A DNA stretch of 64,000 nt, taken from positions 1-64,000 of the IMG/VR virus record IMGVR_UViG_3300043446_003193. One strand, written 5' to 3'. Each line of letters begins with the position of its first letter. Within the stretch, counting starts at the first letter, position 1. The notes under the pieces are model-generated. The model did no database searches, was not told the DNA's origin, and saw only the letters and a program-made list of their open reading frames with translations. Made by a program: the position numbers and the translations under genes. Shown piece after piece: positions 42,686-53,076 of the stretch.

Positions 42686-45600
42686 TTATTTACCGAAAAT
42701 GTATCTGATACCAAATTGTGCTGTCCACACATCAAATACTGATGAGTTTTTGCTATAAGTATCTTTCAACAATACAGTTGAGCCATCTAACAATCTTTGT
42801 GTTGCAAATTTGTAAACTGGCTCGTTATTAACTACTGATGAATAAGTTAAAATTGCCGGATTTGTAAATCTTTGAGATACACCCCAATCTTCATTAACCA
42901 TATTACCAAAGTTAAGAATATCAAAACGTAATTGAATTGTGTTTCTATCGCCCTTAACATTTACATAGAAATCTTGAACTACTGAAAGGTCAAATCTATG
43001 TAACCAAGGTAAGAATGAACCATTACGTTCTGCGTACTGTCCTTTACGAGTTGATAGGTAATCATCTTGATTAATGTAATTCCAAAATGCTGCTTGTTGT
43101 TCAGCTTCGGTGTAAGTTTTTGTACCTACAACCAATGGTGCGAATTTAACTTCTGTCATTGATTTTGGAACATATATTAATTCATTATTATTAACTCTAT
43201 CTCCGTTCAAATCACCTGCAACAAAGTAAGATGTACTACCACTTCTTTGTCCAACATATCCTATTGTTACTGAAGTTGCTGCACCGTATCCTTTCTTACC
43301 ATATTCAATTCTATATCCCAATAAACCTACTGCTCTATCAGGAACTACGAAATCTGAATTTGAAAGAATTGGGTTGTTGTTACCATTGATACTTCTAATT
43401 GATTGCCATGTTCCACTTGCGATAGAACCTGCACTCATAAAGTCTTCAGCGTTTGATTTAGTGTAAGCAATACTACCGAAGAAACCTTTTGAATATGGTT
43501 TTTCTAATTTAACTGAAAGTGCATTGTAGAATGACTCATCGTTATTAGTTAAAACCGCACCCATAGATACATTATCGTTTACTCTTACACCAGCATCAGT
43601 TCTTGCATACAATGCTCTTTGGTCTGCTCCACTAAATTTACCAATTGGTGCATCCAAGTTTGCGTTGTAGTAATGAACTGCATTAAGTGTTTTGTTGTAT
43701 AAATACTCTACACTACCTACTAAACCTAATGGTAATTTTTGGTCTACTGCTAAATTAGTTTTCCAAACTTGTGGAAACTTATAGTTAGGGTCAGTAAATG
43801 CTAAATCAAATGTTGAAGGAAGGGTTGGAGTAGAAGGGATGAAATATTTTTCAGGGTTAGCAGTAAAACCATATTGAGATGCTGCTGCACCACTTACATC
43901 AATAAATCCTGTCAATACACCATTGTTACCAACTTGGTTAGATACGAATACATACGGAGGTCTACCGGTGAATACACCTGTACCACCTCTAACTTGTGTT
44001 TTCTTATCGTTCTTAACATCCCAGTTGAAACCAAATCTTGGTTCCCACAATAATTGTGTTTTAGGTAAAGTTGCTGTATTGAATTTCTCACCACCTGCAA
44101 ATGTCATAGCAGTTACTGCTTTATTTTCCAATGCTGTGTTTTCAAATCCAATAATAGCAGTTCTTAAACCAAATGTTAATTTTAAGTTTTGAAGTGCTTG
44201 GTATTCATCTTGTCCGTATAAATCCAATCTTTGAGTTTTCAACACTTGCATTGGGTCAACTGCCCCAGGTAATGCTGAATATCTGTATTGAAATCTATAT
44301 GGTGCCGTTGTAGATGGTTTACCACCATTTGCCAAACTCTCATTTGCTGCTTTATAGAAGTCAGCCAAAGAGTTGAAAATATAAACACCATTTGATGCAG
44401 GATAGAATAAGTTGTTAGATTGGTATTTCTCATAATTGAAACCTAATGTGAAAGTGTGCTTATCTGCATACTTTGTTAAGTTATCGGTAATGTGGAAAGT
44501 ATTGTAATCTAATTTATTTCCTGGAGTGAATGGGTCAAAACCTGTTGAAATATAGTTTACTCTTGCAGAAGTTCCATCAGCAATATCAATTGTTGGGAAC
44601 ACACCTGTCATATATGCTCTATCTTCAATTTGTTTATCATAACCAACGATTAAGTTGTTATGTAATGTGTTTGAAAATTTAGAGTTTAATTCAACAACTG
44701 CTGAACGAGTATTATCCATAATGATATAACCACTATTCTTATAACTCATAGAATTAAAGATAGTAGTTCTATTACCTGCACCTGCTGATTGAGAGTTAGA
44801 AATGTTAATCTCTGCATCAGAATTGTGGTGAACATAACGAGCAGTTAATTTATGCTTATCGTTGATGTTCCAGTCTACTCTTACTAAGAATTTCTTACTT
44901 GCATTTGTATTAGAATATCCTTCCCATGGGCCAGTTACATAATTGAATTTATCTTTCATAAAATCAGAAAGAGTTTTCAAATCATCATACTTAACTCTTG
45001 TTGGTTGAGCACCACCCAACGGAGAACCTGCAGATGTCCAAGTTGTACCTGGCTCTGTTTTCTCTAATTGTTCGTAGTTACCAAAAATGAATAATTTGTT
45101 TTTGATAATTGGTGCACCTAAACGGAAACCAGTAACTTTCTCATCAAATTTAGATGCGGTTACAGGAACTCCTGCTGCTGAATTACCAACATAACGAGAA
45201 CTATTATCTCTTTGTGTTTGATAATAAGAACCTTCAACTTTGTTTGTACCTGAACGTGTAACTGCATTGATACCTGCGCCAGTAAACCCACTCTGACGAA
45301 TATCAAATGGAGCAACATTCACTTGTAATTGTTCAATCGCATCTAATGATATTGCAGATGAACCTGTTCTACCACCAGCTTGTGCCGAACTACCCAATCC
45401 AAAATTGTTATTGAATTGAGAACCATCAATTGTGAAGTTATTCAAACGAGAGTCTTGTGCTCCGAATGAAGAACCATCACCCAATGGATTGTACTTTGTA
45501 ATTCCGTTGATTGTTCTTGCTCCTGTAATAGGAATAGAAGTCAATTCTCTTCTACTAAATACTTGTGCAGCACCAGTTCTATCCTTAGAGAATAGATTGT

Positions 45601-45967
45601 TTTTGGTTCCTGTCACAACTACATCTTTCAAAGAAGTTGCTTCACTTAATAACTTAAAGTCTACGTTTGATGTAACACCTAATTGAGTGTTTACATCTTT
45701 CTCTTCTCCTTTTCTAAATCCTACAAACGAAGCATGGATTGTATATGGTCCACCTACTCTTACGGCAGGTAAAACATAAACACCATTTTTGTTTGTAACC
45801 GATTTGTACTCTGTACCTGTCGGTGTATGTGTAGCGTGAATTGTTGCACCTACTAACACCTCATTTTTTTCGTTCTTAACAACACCAGAAATAGTAGAAG
45901 TGGTAACTTGACCAAATCCAATTAAAACTGATACTGAAAGGAACAACGATAGAATCGCTTTTTTCAT
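42686..45967 (-). CDS. Oar-like TonB-dependent transporter (carboxypeptidase-regulatory-like N-domain, plug, barrel)
   Basis: Signal peptide; LVGATIHATHTPTG; NNFTIDG; DAIEQLQV..APFD.RQSGFTGAGINAVTRSGTN; ends QFGIRYIF. Confidence 0.92.
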   Translation of the reverse strand: MKKAILSLFLSVSVLIGFGQVTTSTISGVVKNEKNEVLVGATIHATHTPTGTEYKSVTNKNGVYVLPAVRVGGPYTIHASFVGFRKGEEKDVNTQLGVTSNVDFKLLSEATSLKDVVVTGTKNNLFSKDRTGAAQVFSRRELTSIPITGARTINGITKYNPLGDGSSFGAQDSRLNNFTIDGSQFNNNFGLGSSAQAGGRTGSSAISLDAIEQLQVNVAPFDIRQSGFTGAGINAVTRSGTNKVEGSYYQTQRDNSSRYVGNSAAGVPVTASKFDEKVTGFRLGAPIIKNKLFIFGNYEQLEKTEPGTTWTSAGSPLGGAQPTRVKYDDLKTLSDFMKDKFNYVTGPWEGYSNTNASKKFLVRVDWNINDKHKLTARYVHHNSDAEINISNSQSAGAGNRTTIFNSMSYKNSGYIIMDNTRSAVVELNSKFSNTLHNNLIVGYDKQIEDRAYMTGVFPTIDIADGTSARVNYISTGFDPFTPGNKLDYNTFHITDNLTKYADKHTFTLGFNYEKYQSNNLFYPASNGVYIFNSLADFYKAANESLANGGKPSTTAPYRFQYRYSALPGAVDPMQVLKTQRLDLYGQDEYQALQNLKLTFGLRTAIIGFENTALENKAVTAMTFAGGEKFNTATLPKTQLLWEPRFGFNWDVKNDKKTQVRGGTGVFTGRPPYVFVSNQVGNNGVLTGFIDVSGAAASQYGFTANPEKYFIPSTPTLPSTFDLAFTDPNYKFPQVWKTNLAVDQKLPLGLVGSVEYLYNKTLNAVHYYNANLDAPIGKFSGADQRALYARTDAGVRVNDNVSMGAVLTNNDESFYNALSVKLEKPYSKGFFGSIAYTKSNAEDFMSAGSIASGTWQSIRSINGNNNPILSNSDFVVPDRAVGLLGYRIEYGKKGYGAATSVTIGYVGQRSGSTSYFVAGDLNGDRVNNNELIYVPKSMTEVKFAPLVVGTKTYTEAEQQAAFWNYINQDDYLSTRKGQYAERNGSFLPWLHRFDLSVVQDFYVNVKGDRNTIQLRFDILNFGNMVNEDWGVSQRFTNPAILTYSSVVNNEPVYKFATQRLLDGSTVLLKDTYSKNSSVFDVWTAQFGIRYIFGK

Positions 45968-45984
45968 GTTTGTTTGTTTTTGTT

Positions 45985-46021
45985 AAAAAATAAAAGGGGT
46001 GGAGATATTACTTTCCACCCC
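45985..46021 (-). terminator. hairpin/terminator between the Hc1-like gene and the TBDT
   Basis: GGGGTGGA...TCCACCCC plus U-tract. Confidence 0.6.
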
Positions 46022-46028
46022 ATTGGGT

Positions 46029-46211
46029 TTATTGACTGCTTTTAGTTTCTTCTACTGAGGCCTGGCGATAATCCGTCACAACTTTTTTCAAGTCGCCGAT
46101 TAAAGTACGGGCGTTTTTTTGTGATACTTTTGTTGTCTTGTTGTGTTCTACTTCAAATTGTTCCCACAATTGTTTCATTGTTTGGAATAATTGTTCTTTT
46201 TTACTAGCCAT
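46029..46211 (-). CDS. histone-H1-like (Hc1-type) small protein
   Basis: FEVEHNKTTKVSQKNARTLIGDLKKVVTDYRQASV. Confidence 0.55.
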   Translation of the reverse strand: MASKKEQLFQTMKQLWEQFEVEHNKTTKVSQKNARTLIGDLKKVVTDYRQASVEETKSSQ

Positions 46212-46267
46212 AATTGCTGTTTTTTGTTTGTTAACTAAATATACGGAAAATATTTGATATTACCAAA

Positions 46268-46468
46268 TTATCTTCCTCTTCTTCTACGAAGTTCTACTTC
46301 TTTTAGATATGATGATTTCCACTTATATTCAACCGAAACGGGCCCATTTGGGAATTTGTTTAAATCATATTTCCAAATTGAAGTACTTTCTTCATCTTCA
46401 AATATGTATTCAAATTTTGTTGGTTTTTCCGTTTTACTTAAGTTTTCTTTAGAAGGTTTTAGACCCAT
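46268..46468 (-). CDS. hypothetical protein
   Basis: 66-aa ORF. Confidence 0.6.
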   Translation of the reverse strand: MGLKPSKENLSKTEKPTKFEYIFEDEESTSIWKYDLNKFPNGPVSVEYKWKSSYLKEVELRRRRGR

Positions 46469-46472
46469 AACT

Positions 46473-47033
46473 TTAACTTACTTTATAATCTTCTTTTAGT
46501 TTTTCTAAAAATAATTCAATTCCTTTATTATGATTTTCTGTCCAATCTTTATGATTACCACTATCACTTATATATTTGTATGCTGTAAAATCAAATCCGT
46601 AAATTTTACATACTTTTGCAATTGAGTATGCCTCCATATCACATATTCTATTTGGTGATTTTTCAAATTTGTCCTGTGTGTGACAAGTATAATATCCTAA
46701 TCCGTTAAAATCAATAGATTCATTTACTAAATTTAATTTATTCCAAACAATTTCATCAAATGGTGTAATTGTTTTTTTAGCAAATGGCCTTGCATCCATA
46801 TCTCTTTGAACAAAAGTCTTACACTTAAATAATTTATTAAACATAGTACTGTGCCCACCTGCCGAACCATAGTTAATAACGATTGTATCTGCTGGTGATA
46901 AATCTTTAAGAACCTCAGTAGCTTTTATAGCTGAATTAATTTTACCAACTCCCGTATAGATAATATCAACCCCTAAAGGTGCTTTTTCTTTTGGAAACTC
47001 ACTTGGTAATGCTACAAATAATTTTATTCTCAT
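46473..47033 (-). CDS. MTA/SAH nucleosidase / PNP_UDP_1-family protein
   Basis: YTGVGKINSA, INYGSAG, TQDKF, CDMEAYSIAKVC, KYISD. Confidence 0.85.
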   Translation of the reverse strand: MRIKLFVALPSEFPKEKAPLGVDIIYTGVGKINSAIKATEVLKDLSPADTIVINYGSAGGHSTMFNKLFKCKTFVQRDMDARPFAKKTITPFDEIVWNKLNLVNESIDFNGLGYYTCHTQDKFEKSPNRICDMEAYSIAKVCKIYGFDFTAYKYISDSGNHKDWTENHNKGIELFLEKLKEDYKVS

Positions 47034-47362
47034 AATGCAAAACTTTCTCCACAACCACAAGTTCTACTTGCGTTGGGATTTACCCATTGAAAACCTTTAC
47101 CATTTAAACCATCCGAATATTGTAATTCAGTTCCATATAGGTACAACATTGATTTTCTATCTATTACCACTTTTAATCCACCTTCAAATTCAAACCAATC
47201 ATCCATTTCGGTAATCTTATCATCAAAGTCCATTGTATAAGTAAGACCGGAGCAACCACCACCTTTTACACCAACTCTTAAGTTATGAGTATCTGGTGTA
47301 ATATCACTTTCTACCATTAATTGTAGAATATGATTTAGTGCTTTTTCGTTTACTTCTATCAT
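47030..47362 (-). CDS. iscA: A-type Fe-S carrier IscA/SufA
   Basis: LRVGVKGGGCSGLTY...NPNASRTCGCGESF. Confidence 0.95.
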   Translation of the reverse strand: MIEVNEKALNHILQLMVESDITPDTHNLRVGVKGGGCSGLTYTMDFDDKITEMDDWFEFEGGLKVVIDRKSMLYLYGTELQYSDGLNGKGFQWVNPNASRTCGCGESFAL

Positions 47363-47769
47363 ATGTGTGATTCTTCAAAAATTAATTCTTCTAATCCTTG
47401 TTTCTTTCTATAATCGTTGATTGCTGATTTGATTGCATCTTCTGCCAAAACTGAACAATGGATTTTTACTGGAGGTAAATTTAATTCCTCTACTAAATCC
47501 ATATTATCAATGGTAACGGCTTCATCCAAACTCTTTCCTTTTAACCATTCAGTTGCCAAAGAACTAGCTGCGATTGCCGAACCACATCCAAAGGTTTTGA
47601 ACTTAGCATCAGTTATGATACCATCGTTCACTTCAATTTGTAATCTCATTACATCACCACACTCTGGAGCACCTACTAATCCCGTTCCCACATTATTTTT
47701 AGATTTGTCCAAAGTTCCTACATTTTTAGGATTTGAATAGTGGTCTAAAACTTTATCACTATATGCCAT
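47359..47769 (-). CDS. iscU: Fe-S scaffold IscU
   Basis: YSDKVLDHYSNPKNVG, GAPECGDVM, FKTFGCGSAIA, LPPVKIHCSVLAEDA. Confidence 0.97.
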   Translation of the reverse strand: MAYSDKVLDHYSNPKNVGTLDKSKNNVGTGLVGAPECGDVMRLQIEVNDGIITDAKFKTFGCGSAIAASSLATEWLKGKSLDEAVTIDNMDLVEELNLPPVKIHCSVLAEDAIKSAINDYRKKQGLEELIFEESHI

Positions 47770-47820
47770 AATACTTCATTTACTCTTATAAATATAAATA
47801 AAAAACTTCAGTTTTCCAAA

Positions 47821-48366
47821 TTAATTTACATTCTTTCTTATAATCTTAAGTCTTACATCACCAACTAAAAGGAAATAACAATTATAACAAAGACTTCTGA
47901 TATTGTCTATTTTTCTATTTGTAGGGTCACCATCTATGAAATCAATTAATATAGGTGATTTGTTATCTGATATTCTTTTTTCTTCAAATCCACAACAAGA
48001 ACATGCTTCAGGAATTTGCCCACTATCAAATATTTTCTTTTTATATTTCCAAAGCGGATAATCAATATATTTGCCATCCAACAAATCTTCCAAATTGTAT
48101 TTACGATTGCGAATACCACCACCTTTATTAATACCAATTCCTTTTGGATTTTTTAGGTCTTCAAAAATACCATAAAGTTTTGCCCACTTTTTATAAGTGT
48201 TATATGATATACCTAATGTTCTCGCTGCTTCAAATGCAGAACGAGATGCAGCTTGAGCCGCTTTAATTTGTGATTCTAAAATAGGACGAGCTCCTAACCC
48301 TCTTTTTGTTATTTTCTCTCCAGCTTCTAAATTGGGAAAGAAACTTTCATTTTCTTCATTTTCCAT
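47821..48366 (-). CDS. HTH plus HNH-like endonuclease
   Basis: AARTLGISYNTY; CSCCG...DFIDGDPTNRKIDNIRSLCYNC (first His replaced by Phe). Confidence 0.7.
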   Translation of the reverse strand: MENEENESFFPNLEAGEKITKRGLGARPILESQIKAAQAASRSAFEAARTLGISYNTYKKWAKLYGIFEDLKNPKGIGINKGGGIRNRKYNLEDLLDGKYIDYPLWKYKKKIFDSGQIPEACSCCGFEEKRISDNKSPILIDFIDGDPTNRKIDNIRSLCYNCYFLLVGDVRLKIIRKNVN

Positions 48367-48399
48367 ATTAATAACTATTTTTTGTTACTAATAAGTATA

Positions 48400-48846
48400 T
48401 CAAATTAAAATTTTTATTAATTTTTTGAAAGTTTCATCTGGAGATTCTGATGTATCTAAATCTAAATAATATTTAACCGGTGGTTCATAATCTTCTACAA
48501 AAAATTGTTCTCTACCTCTCATTTTTTTAGTATGACAGTATATTTCTTGTACTTTACATTCTTCTTTAAACTTTTCTCTTAATTCTCTATAAGGTGATAC
48601 TAATGATACAACAACATCATGTCCAGTTGAATCCAAATATTTAGCAATATCCATTGCTTTTTGAATATTTTTTTCTCTACCTACTTTTGAATAATCTGTA
48701 TTTGGGAATAATTCTCTTAGTTGGTCACCGTCTATATGAAATACGGTTTTTCTCCAATTTTTTTTATCCGTTTGTAACCACATTTGTAACTTCTTAGCCA
48801 AAGTAGTTTTACCACTACCCGGTTGTCCAGTAAACCAATAAATCAT
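48400..48846 (-). CDS. cysC: adenylylsulfate (APS) kinase
   Basis: WFTGQPGSGKTT, IDGDQLR, DYSKVGREKNI, VSLVSPYRELR, YEPP. Confidence 0.9.
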   Translation of the reverse strand: MIYWFTGQPGSGKTTLAKKLQMWLQTDKKNWRKTVFHIDGDQLRELFPNTDYSKVGREKNIQKAMDIAKYLDSTGHDVVVSLVSPYRELREKFKEECKVQEIYCHTKKMRGREQFFVEDYEPPVKYYLDLDTSESPDETFKKLIKILI

Positions 48847-48849
48847 AAC

Positions 48850-49695
48850 TTATTTATTTTTTAATGCGAACTGTGCCGCTTTATATGCTTTTGTATCTTT
48901 ATCGTATGCAAGTGCTGTTTTTATTTTAACCATATTACCTGTTTCTGGATTTTTAATTTTCTTATCCATATCTTTTGGTAACAATGATTTTAAACGCATA
49001 TCATTACCTTTTGGTGTTTCCTTTTTACTCACTTCTTTTTCTTTTTGAGTGTGATTGAATTTCTTTTCAGGAGCCTTTGGTATATCATGTTTTACATGAT
49101 TAACCTTCATTTTAATATTAGGATATTTTTCTTTTAATTTAGAAACTGCTGCTACATTTTTATGAGAATCGTCTATAAAAAATACATCATTGTATCCCTT
49201 CTTAATTTTATCTTCAATCCAATCTGCTTTCTTTTGTGGGTCAGAATCACCCAATGCAACTACATACATTCCTTCTAAACCAATATCGTGTAAATAATCT
49301 TTAACTGGTTTGTATGCACTTCTTGCTGTAAGAATTACAACCTTTCTTTCACCTTCTGCTCTTGCAATAGTTTTTAATAATTTTGTAACACCTTTAATTT
49401 CTTGTGGTTGATTTACTTTTTCAAAATCAGAGAAATCAAATTGATCATCTGATTTAGGTTCATATACTGCGTATTCACCAGGAGTTAATTTAGATTCTTT
49501 ACCATCACCATGCTTAACATAGATATGTGATTTTGTTTTAACTAATGTATCATCAAAATCAAATACTCTTAATTTTTTATTTGTATCCGCTTCATTCACA
49601 GGATTAAATGCAAATGCATTTAAATTTGAATATACTTTACCAAATTCAACCTTTAGGCCATTCCACATTCCTTCTATGAATCCGTTTTTACCCAT
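48850..49695 (-). CDS. HAD-superfamily phosphatase with basic C-terminal extension
   Basis: VFDFDDTL, ILTARS, FFIDDSHKN. Confidence 0.75.
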   Translation of the reverse strand: MGKNGFIEGMWNGLKVEFGKVYSNLNAFAFNPVNEADTNKKLRVFDFDDTLVKTKSHIYVKHGDGKESKLTPGEYAVYEPKSDDQFDFSDFEKVNQPQEIKGVTKLLKTIARAEGERKVVILTARSAYKPVKDYLHDIGLEGMYVVALGDSDPQKKADWIEDKIKKGYNDVFFIDDSHKNVAAVSKLKEKYPNIKMKVNHVKHDIPKAPEKKFNHTQKEKEVSKKETPKGNDMRLKSLLPKDMDKKIKNPETGNMVKIKTALAYDKDTKAYKAAQFALKNK

Positions 49696-50002
49696 TCAAT
49701 AAAGTCTTTTTTGTTTTATTCTTTTTAGAAAGTTCTTCGTTTTCTTTTGTAAGATACTCTACCTTAACCGTCAATGCTGCTACTTGCTTTGTTAAATCTA
49801 AAATCATATTTCTCATTTCATCTTTTTCTTTAGATGACTGAGCCAATAAAGCTTCTAATTTTGCAATACGGTCTTTGCAATCGTGTCTGATAAATTCATC
49901 ATCTCTCTCCTTTCTCATTGCTCTCTTTTCATAGAAACGAAATGCAGTTGTACCACCTAATACTGTGATTGCTGTAATAATTACTGAATATATGTTTTCC
50001 AT
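49688..50002 (-). CDS. TM plus coiled-coil protein
   Basis: N-terminal TM, long heptad repeat. Confidence 0.65.
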   Translation of the reverse strand: MENIYSVIITAITVLGGTTAFRFYEKRAMRKERDDEFIRHDCKDRIAKLEALLAQSSKEKDEMRNMILDLTKQVAALTVKVEYLTKENEELSKKNKTKKTLLNG

Positions 50003-50382
50003 TATGCTTCTTTATCACCTAATTCATGATAGCCGGTGTTAGCTTGATTGATAAATTGCATTGCCTGTGAGATATGGTCTTGTATCCAACCTGGTAAATT
50101 CATTTCTTGTTCTCCGATTTTACCTTTAAGTTCGGTTGCATTTTTAATAATATCATCCAATTGACCTCCTGCCATAGATACTTCGTGATCATTGGTTTCT
50201 GGGCCTTCACTTATTTTATGTTTAAGTAATTCTGTCATTTTATTGAACACTTGTTCACCACCATTTTCACCTAAACGATATGCTCCACCTAATTTTTCGT
50301 AAATCTGAATTTTATTTTTCATTGGAATATCCTTTTCAGCAAGTTTATTCCAAATTTTTGGATGAGTTACTTCAAACTTCAT
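50002..50382 (-). CDS. hypothetical protein
   Basis: DHEVSMA...LPGWIQDHI motif. Confidence 0.65.
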   Translation of the reverse strand: MKFEVTHPKIWNKLAEKDIPMKNKIQIYEKLGGAYRLGENGGEQVFNKMTELLKHKISEGPETNDHEVSMAGGQLDDIIKNATELKGKIGEQEMNLPGWIQDHISQAMQFINQANTGYHELGDKEA

Positions 50383-50419
50383 ATTATTTTGTTTTGTATA
50401 TACTCATATAAATATACTC

Positions 50420-51508
50420 TTATTTAAGTTTAATTAAATCCGATTGATATTCTTTCAAAGATTTTATGTTTATCTTAAAAATATCATATTCCATTTCACC
50501 AATTTCTCCACTTTCTTTTATTATTAACGGCAGTTGTAATAAAAAGTTTATATTTTGATTATTTAATTTATTGCAATCAAATTCTACAATTATATCATTA
50601 TTCAATTCAATACTATTATCAATTGAAATATCTGAACAATATGGCTCTAATATATTATAAACATCTTCTCTATTATTTATCAAATTAAATCCAATATTAT
50701 ATTTTGGTGCAGGTGTTGGTGTGTGGTTATAATCAAAAATTGGGTCTGTACCAAATTTCTTAACATAAATTCTTCTAGTCTTTTCCATCTGTTCTCTATA
50801 TCCATCATTTTCAATTCCAACTCCCTTTGTCCACTTATGTCCTCGTTGTGTAAAATGGTAAACCAATGCATCTCTACTCTGAATAAAGTTAAATCCAGCC
50901 AATGCCATTCTGGTAAACAAATCACTATCTTCATAACCATAAGGTGCGTATATAGGGTCGTGGCCACCAATCTTATCAAAGTATTCATCTTTCAATAAAA
51001 ACCAAGGTGCAAATATTCCATTGGTAGTTTTATCTTCAGATTGATATCTCATTTCGTATACAAAGTTATCAAATGAATCTTTTTTAAAATCTTCTGGATA
51101 CATTCCAAAATCTTCAATAATCTTTTCTCCACCTGGTGGGTGTAGTGGTGGCTCAATACATGTACCACATACTATATTTCCCATTCTAAGGTGTTTTAAG
51201 ATGTTTTCAAAGAAGTTTGAACCAACTACCATATCAGCATGTAAAATACCGATAATCTTCCCCGTTGCCTCTTTAAATCCCCTATCATAAAGAATAGTAT
51301 GCCCTACTCTTTCTTGTAAGATATGAATTATTAGATTTTTATCTTTTAAAGATAATAACCATTCTTTTGTACCATCATTACTACCATCTGAAAATATAAT
51401 TAATTCTACTTCATCCGATAAAACTCTTATTGAGGAGTATACCAATTTTAAGTATTCTAAATTATTATAGCTTGGTATTACTACTGATATATCTTTTAAT
51501 TCGTACAT
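50420..51508 (-). CDS. glycosyltransferase family 2
   Basis: SVVIPSYN, SDGSNDGT, LHAD, YEDSDLF. Confidence 0.9.
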   Translation of the reverse strand: MYELKDISVVIPSYNNLEYLKLVYSSIRVLSDEVELIIFSDGSNDGTKEWLLSLKDKNLIIHILQERVGHTILYDRGFKEATGKIIGILHADMVVGSNFFENILKHLRMGNIVCGTCIEPPLHPPGGEKIIEDFGMYPEDFKKDSFDNFVYEMRYQSEDKTTNGIFAPWFLLKDEYFDKIGGHDPIYAPYGYEDSDLFTRMALAGFNFIQSRDALVYHFTQRGHKWTKGVGIENDGYREQMEKTRRIYVKKFGTDPIFDYNHTPTPAPKYNIGFNLINNREDVYNILEPYCSDISIDNSIELNNDIIVEFDCNKLNNQNINFLLQLPLIIKESGEIGEMEYDIFKINIKSLKEYQSDLIKLK

Positions 51509-51509
51509 A

Positions 51510-52199
51510 TTATTCTCCATTTATTCCGTGAATGATGTGTCTATCCCAACCGATATGTTCAATGTATGAGTCTAGAAATCTCATAGCTATTCTACCTCTT
51601 TTTGCATATTCAACAGATATATCACATTCCAATGTAACACCACCACTTTTTTCTGCAGGAGTTATTCTTTCACACCCATCATATCCATTTGGTAATTCTT
51701 TCCAATCACTTAATCTTTTTAATCCAGGATTTAAACTAAATCCATTCCATATTCCAGTATATTTAACCAATACCATTTTTAAATTACCTAATTCATATAC
51801 ACCATCTTCCCAAGGGTGTGGTAATGTTTTATCATCTATGCCTCTCAACCATACCTGTAAAATATTGTCATCTGCTTCTAATACTTGAAGTGATGCTTCT
51901 ATGAATCCAGGTTTCAAAAATAACCAATCTTCTTCCATGTGAAAAATGTATTCAGTATCTACCATTGAATACGCTGCATCTATTGATTTTATTTGAAACA
52001 ATTTTGGGTCATTATATATTAATTCAATTGGAAATTCATATTTTGTTTTTACAAAATCATTGCACCCAAAATTCATACCATCATCTATGATAATAAATCT
52101 TTTAATTGGATATGTGTTCATTTCAAAAAAACTATCCAATGTTTTTTCTAATAAATCTGCTCTATTACAAGCCGTTAGTACTACCGTAACTTCTTTCAT
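51510..52199 (-). CDS. glycosyltransferase family 2
   Basis: VVLTACNR.DLL, IIDD, FHMEEDW. Confidence 0.85.
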   Translation of the reverse strand: MKEVTVVLTACNRADLLEKTLDSFFEMNTYPIKRFIIIDDGMNFGCNDFVKTKYEFPIELIYNDPKLFQIKSIDAAYSMVDTEYIFHMEEDWLFLKPGFIEASLQVLEADDNILQVWLRGIDDKTLPHPWEDGVYELGNLKMVLVKYTGIWNGFSLNPGLKRLSDWKELPNGYDGCERITPAEKSGGVTLECDISVEYAKRGRIAMRFLDSYIEHIGWDRHIIHGINGE

Positions 52200-53076
52200 A
52201 AAAATTTTTTAATTCGTTTGGAAAATTATCCGTTGCTATTTTTGTAAACTCTTGCTTTTTGCTTTTACTTGCTATGTATTTTTTAATAGTTTGGTTTGCT
52301 CTATTAATATAACTTTCTCCTATTATTAAATTTTCTAATACAAATTGAGAAACATTATCACCTTTTGATTTCATTATTTTAGAACATTCCGAAATAAAAG
52401 TATCCTCTAAACCATAATGACCTAAACTATCTGGTATACCCATTCTATCCAATAAAGTTTTTGGTAGTAATGTAAACCATCCTCCTGCAAATTTTATTGT
52501 TTCAATTTCTTTAACATTTACTTCCTGTATTTGTGGTAATCCATCTTTGTAAACATTTGATGATTCATGATAATTCAATGGATATGATAAATAATTTTCA
52601 TTTACTACAACATCCCAACTCGTATCCCATTGTTTTACAAATTGTGGAGTTACTATAAAATTATTTATTCCATTTTCGTTAATCATTTGATAAGCAGAAG
52701 TGATATAATATAAAGTTGTATCTTTGAATATAAAATCACAATCTAACCAAATAAAAAAATTGGCATCTGGATTATTATTTAAACTATATCTTCTTTGTGA
52801 TACACAACCTAATATTTCATTGGTATCATGTATTATTTCCCATTCACACCAATCTAAATATTTTTCACACAATTCAATTGAACGCTCTTTAATATATTCT
52901 TTTGGTAATTTAGAATTTTCCCAATCGGTTAATTCTTCTGATGTGCACAATGTAATTTCTACTTTGTACTTAACTGATGTATCAACAAATGCCGAATTTC
53001 TTTTCAACATATTTAAAGTTAATGCTAAATCTTCTAATTCTTGCGGCATTGCAAATATTGTTATAACTCCTTTCAT
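52165..53076 (-). CDS. GT-A-fold glycosyltransferase-like protein
   Basis: IWLDCD, FAGGWF, YGLEDTF. Confidence 0.6.
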   Translation of the reverse strand: MKGVITIFAMPQELEDLALTLNMLKRNSAFVDTSVKYKVEITLCTSEELTDWENSKLPKEYIKERSIELCEKYLDWCEWEIIHDTNEILGCVSQRRYSLNNNPDANFFIWLDCDFIFKDTTLYYITSAYQMINENGINNFIVTPQFVKQWDTSWDVVVNENYLSYPLNYHESSNVYKDGLPQIQEVNVKEIETIKFAGGWFTLLPKTLLDRMGIPDSLGHYGLEDTFISECSKIMKSKGDNVSQFVLENLIIGESYINRANQTIKKYIASKSKKQEFTKIATDNFPNELKNFYERSYGSTNGL

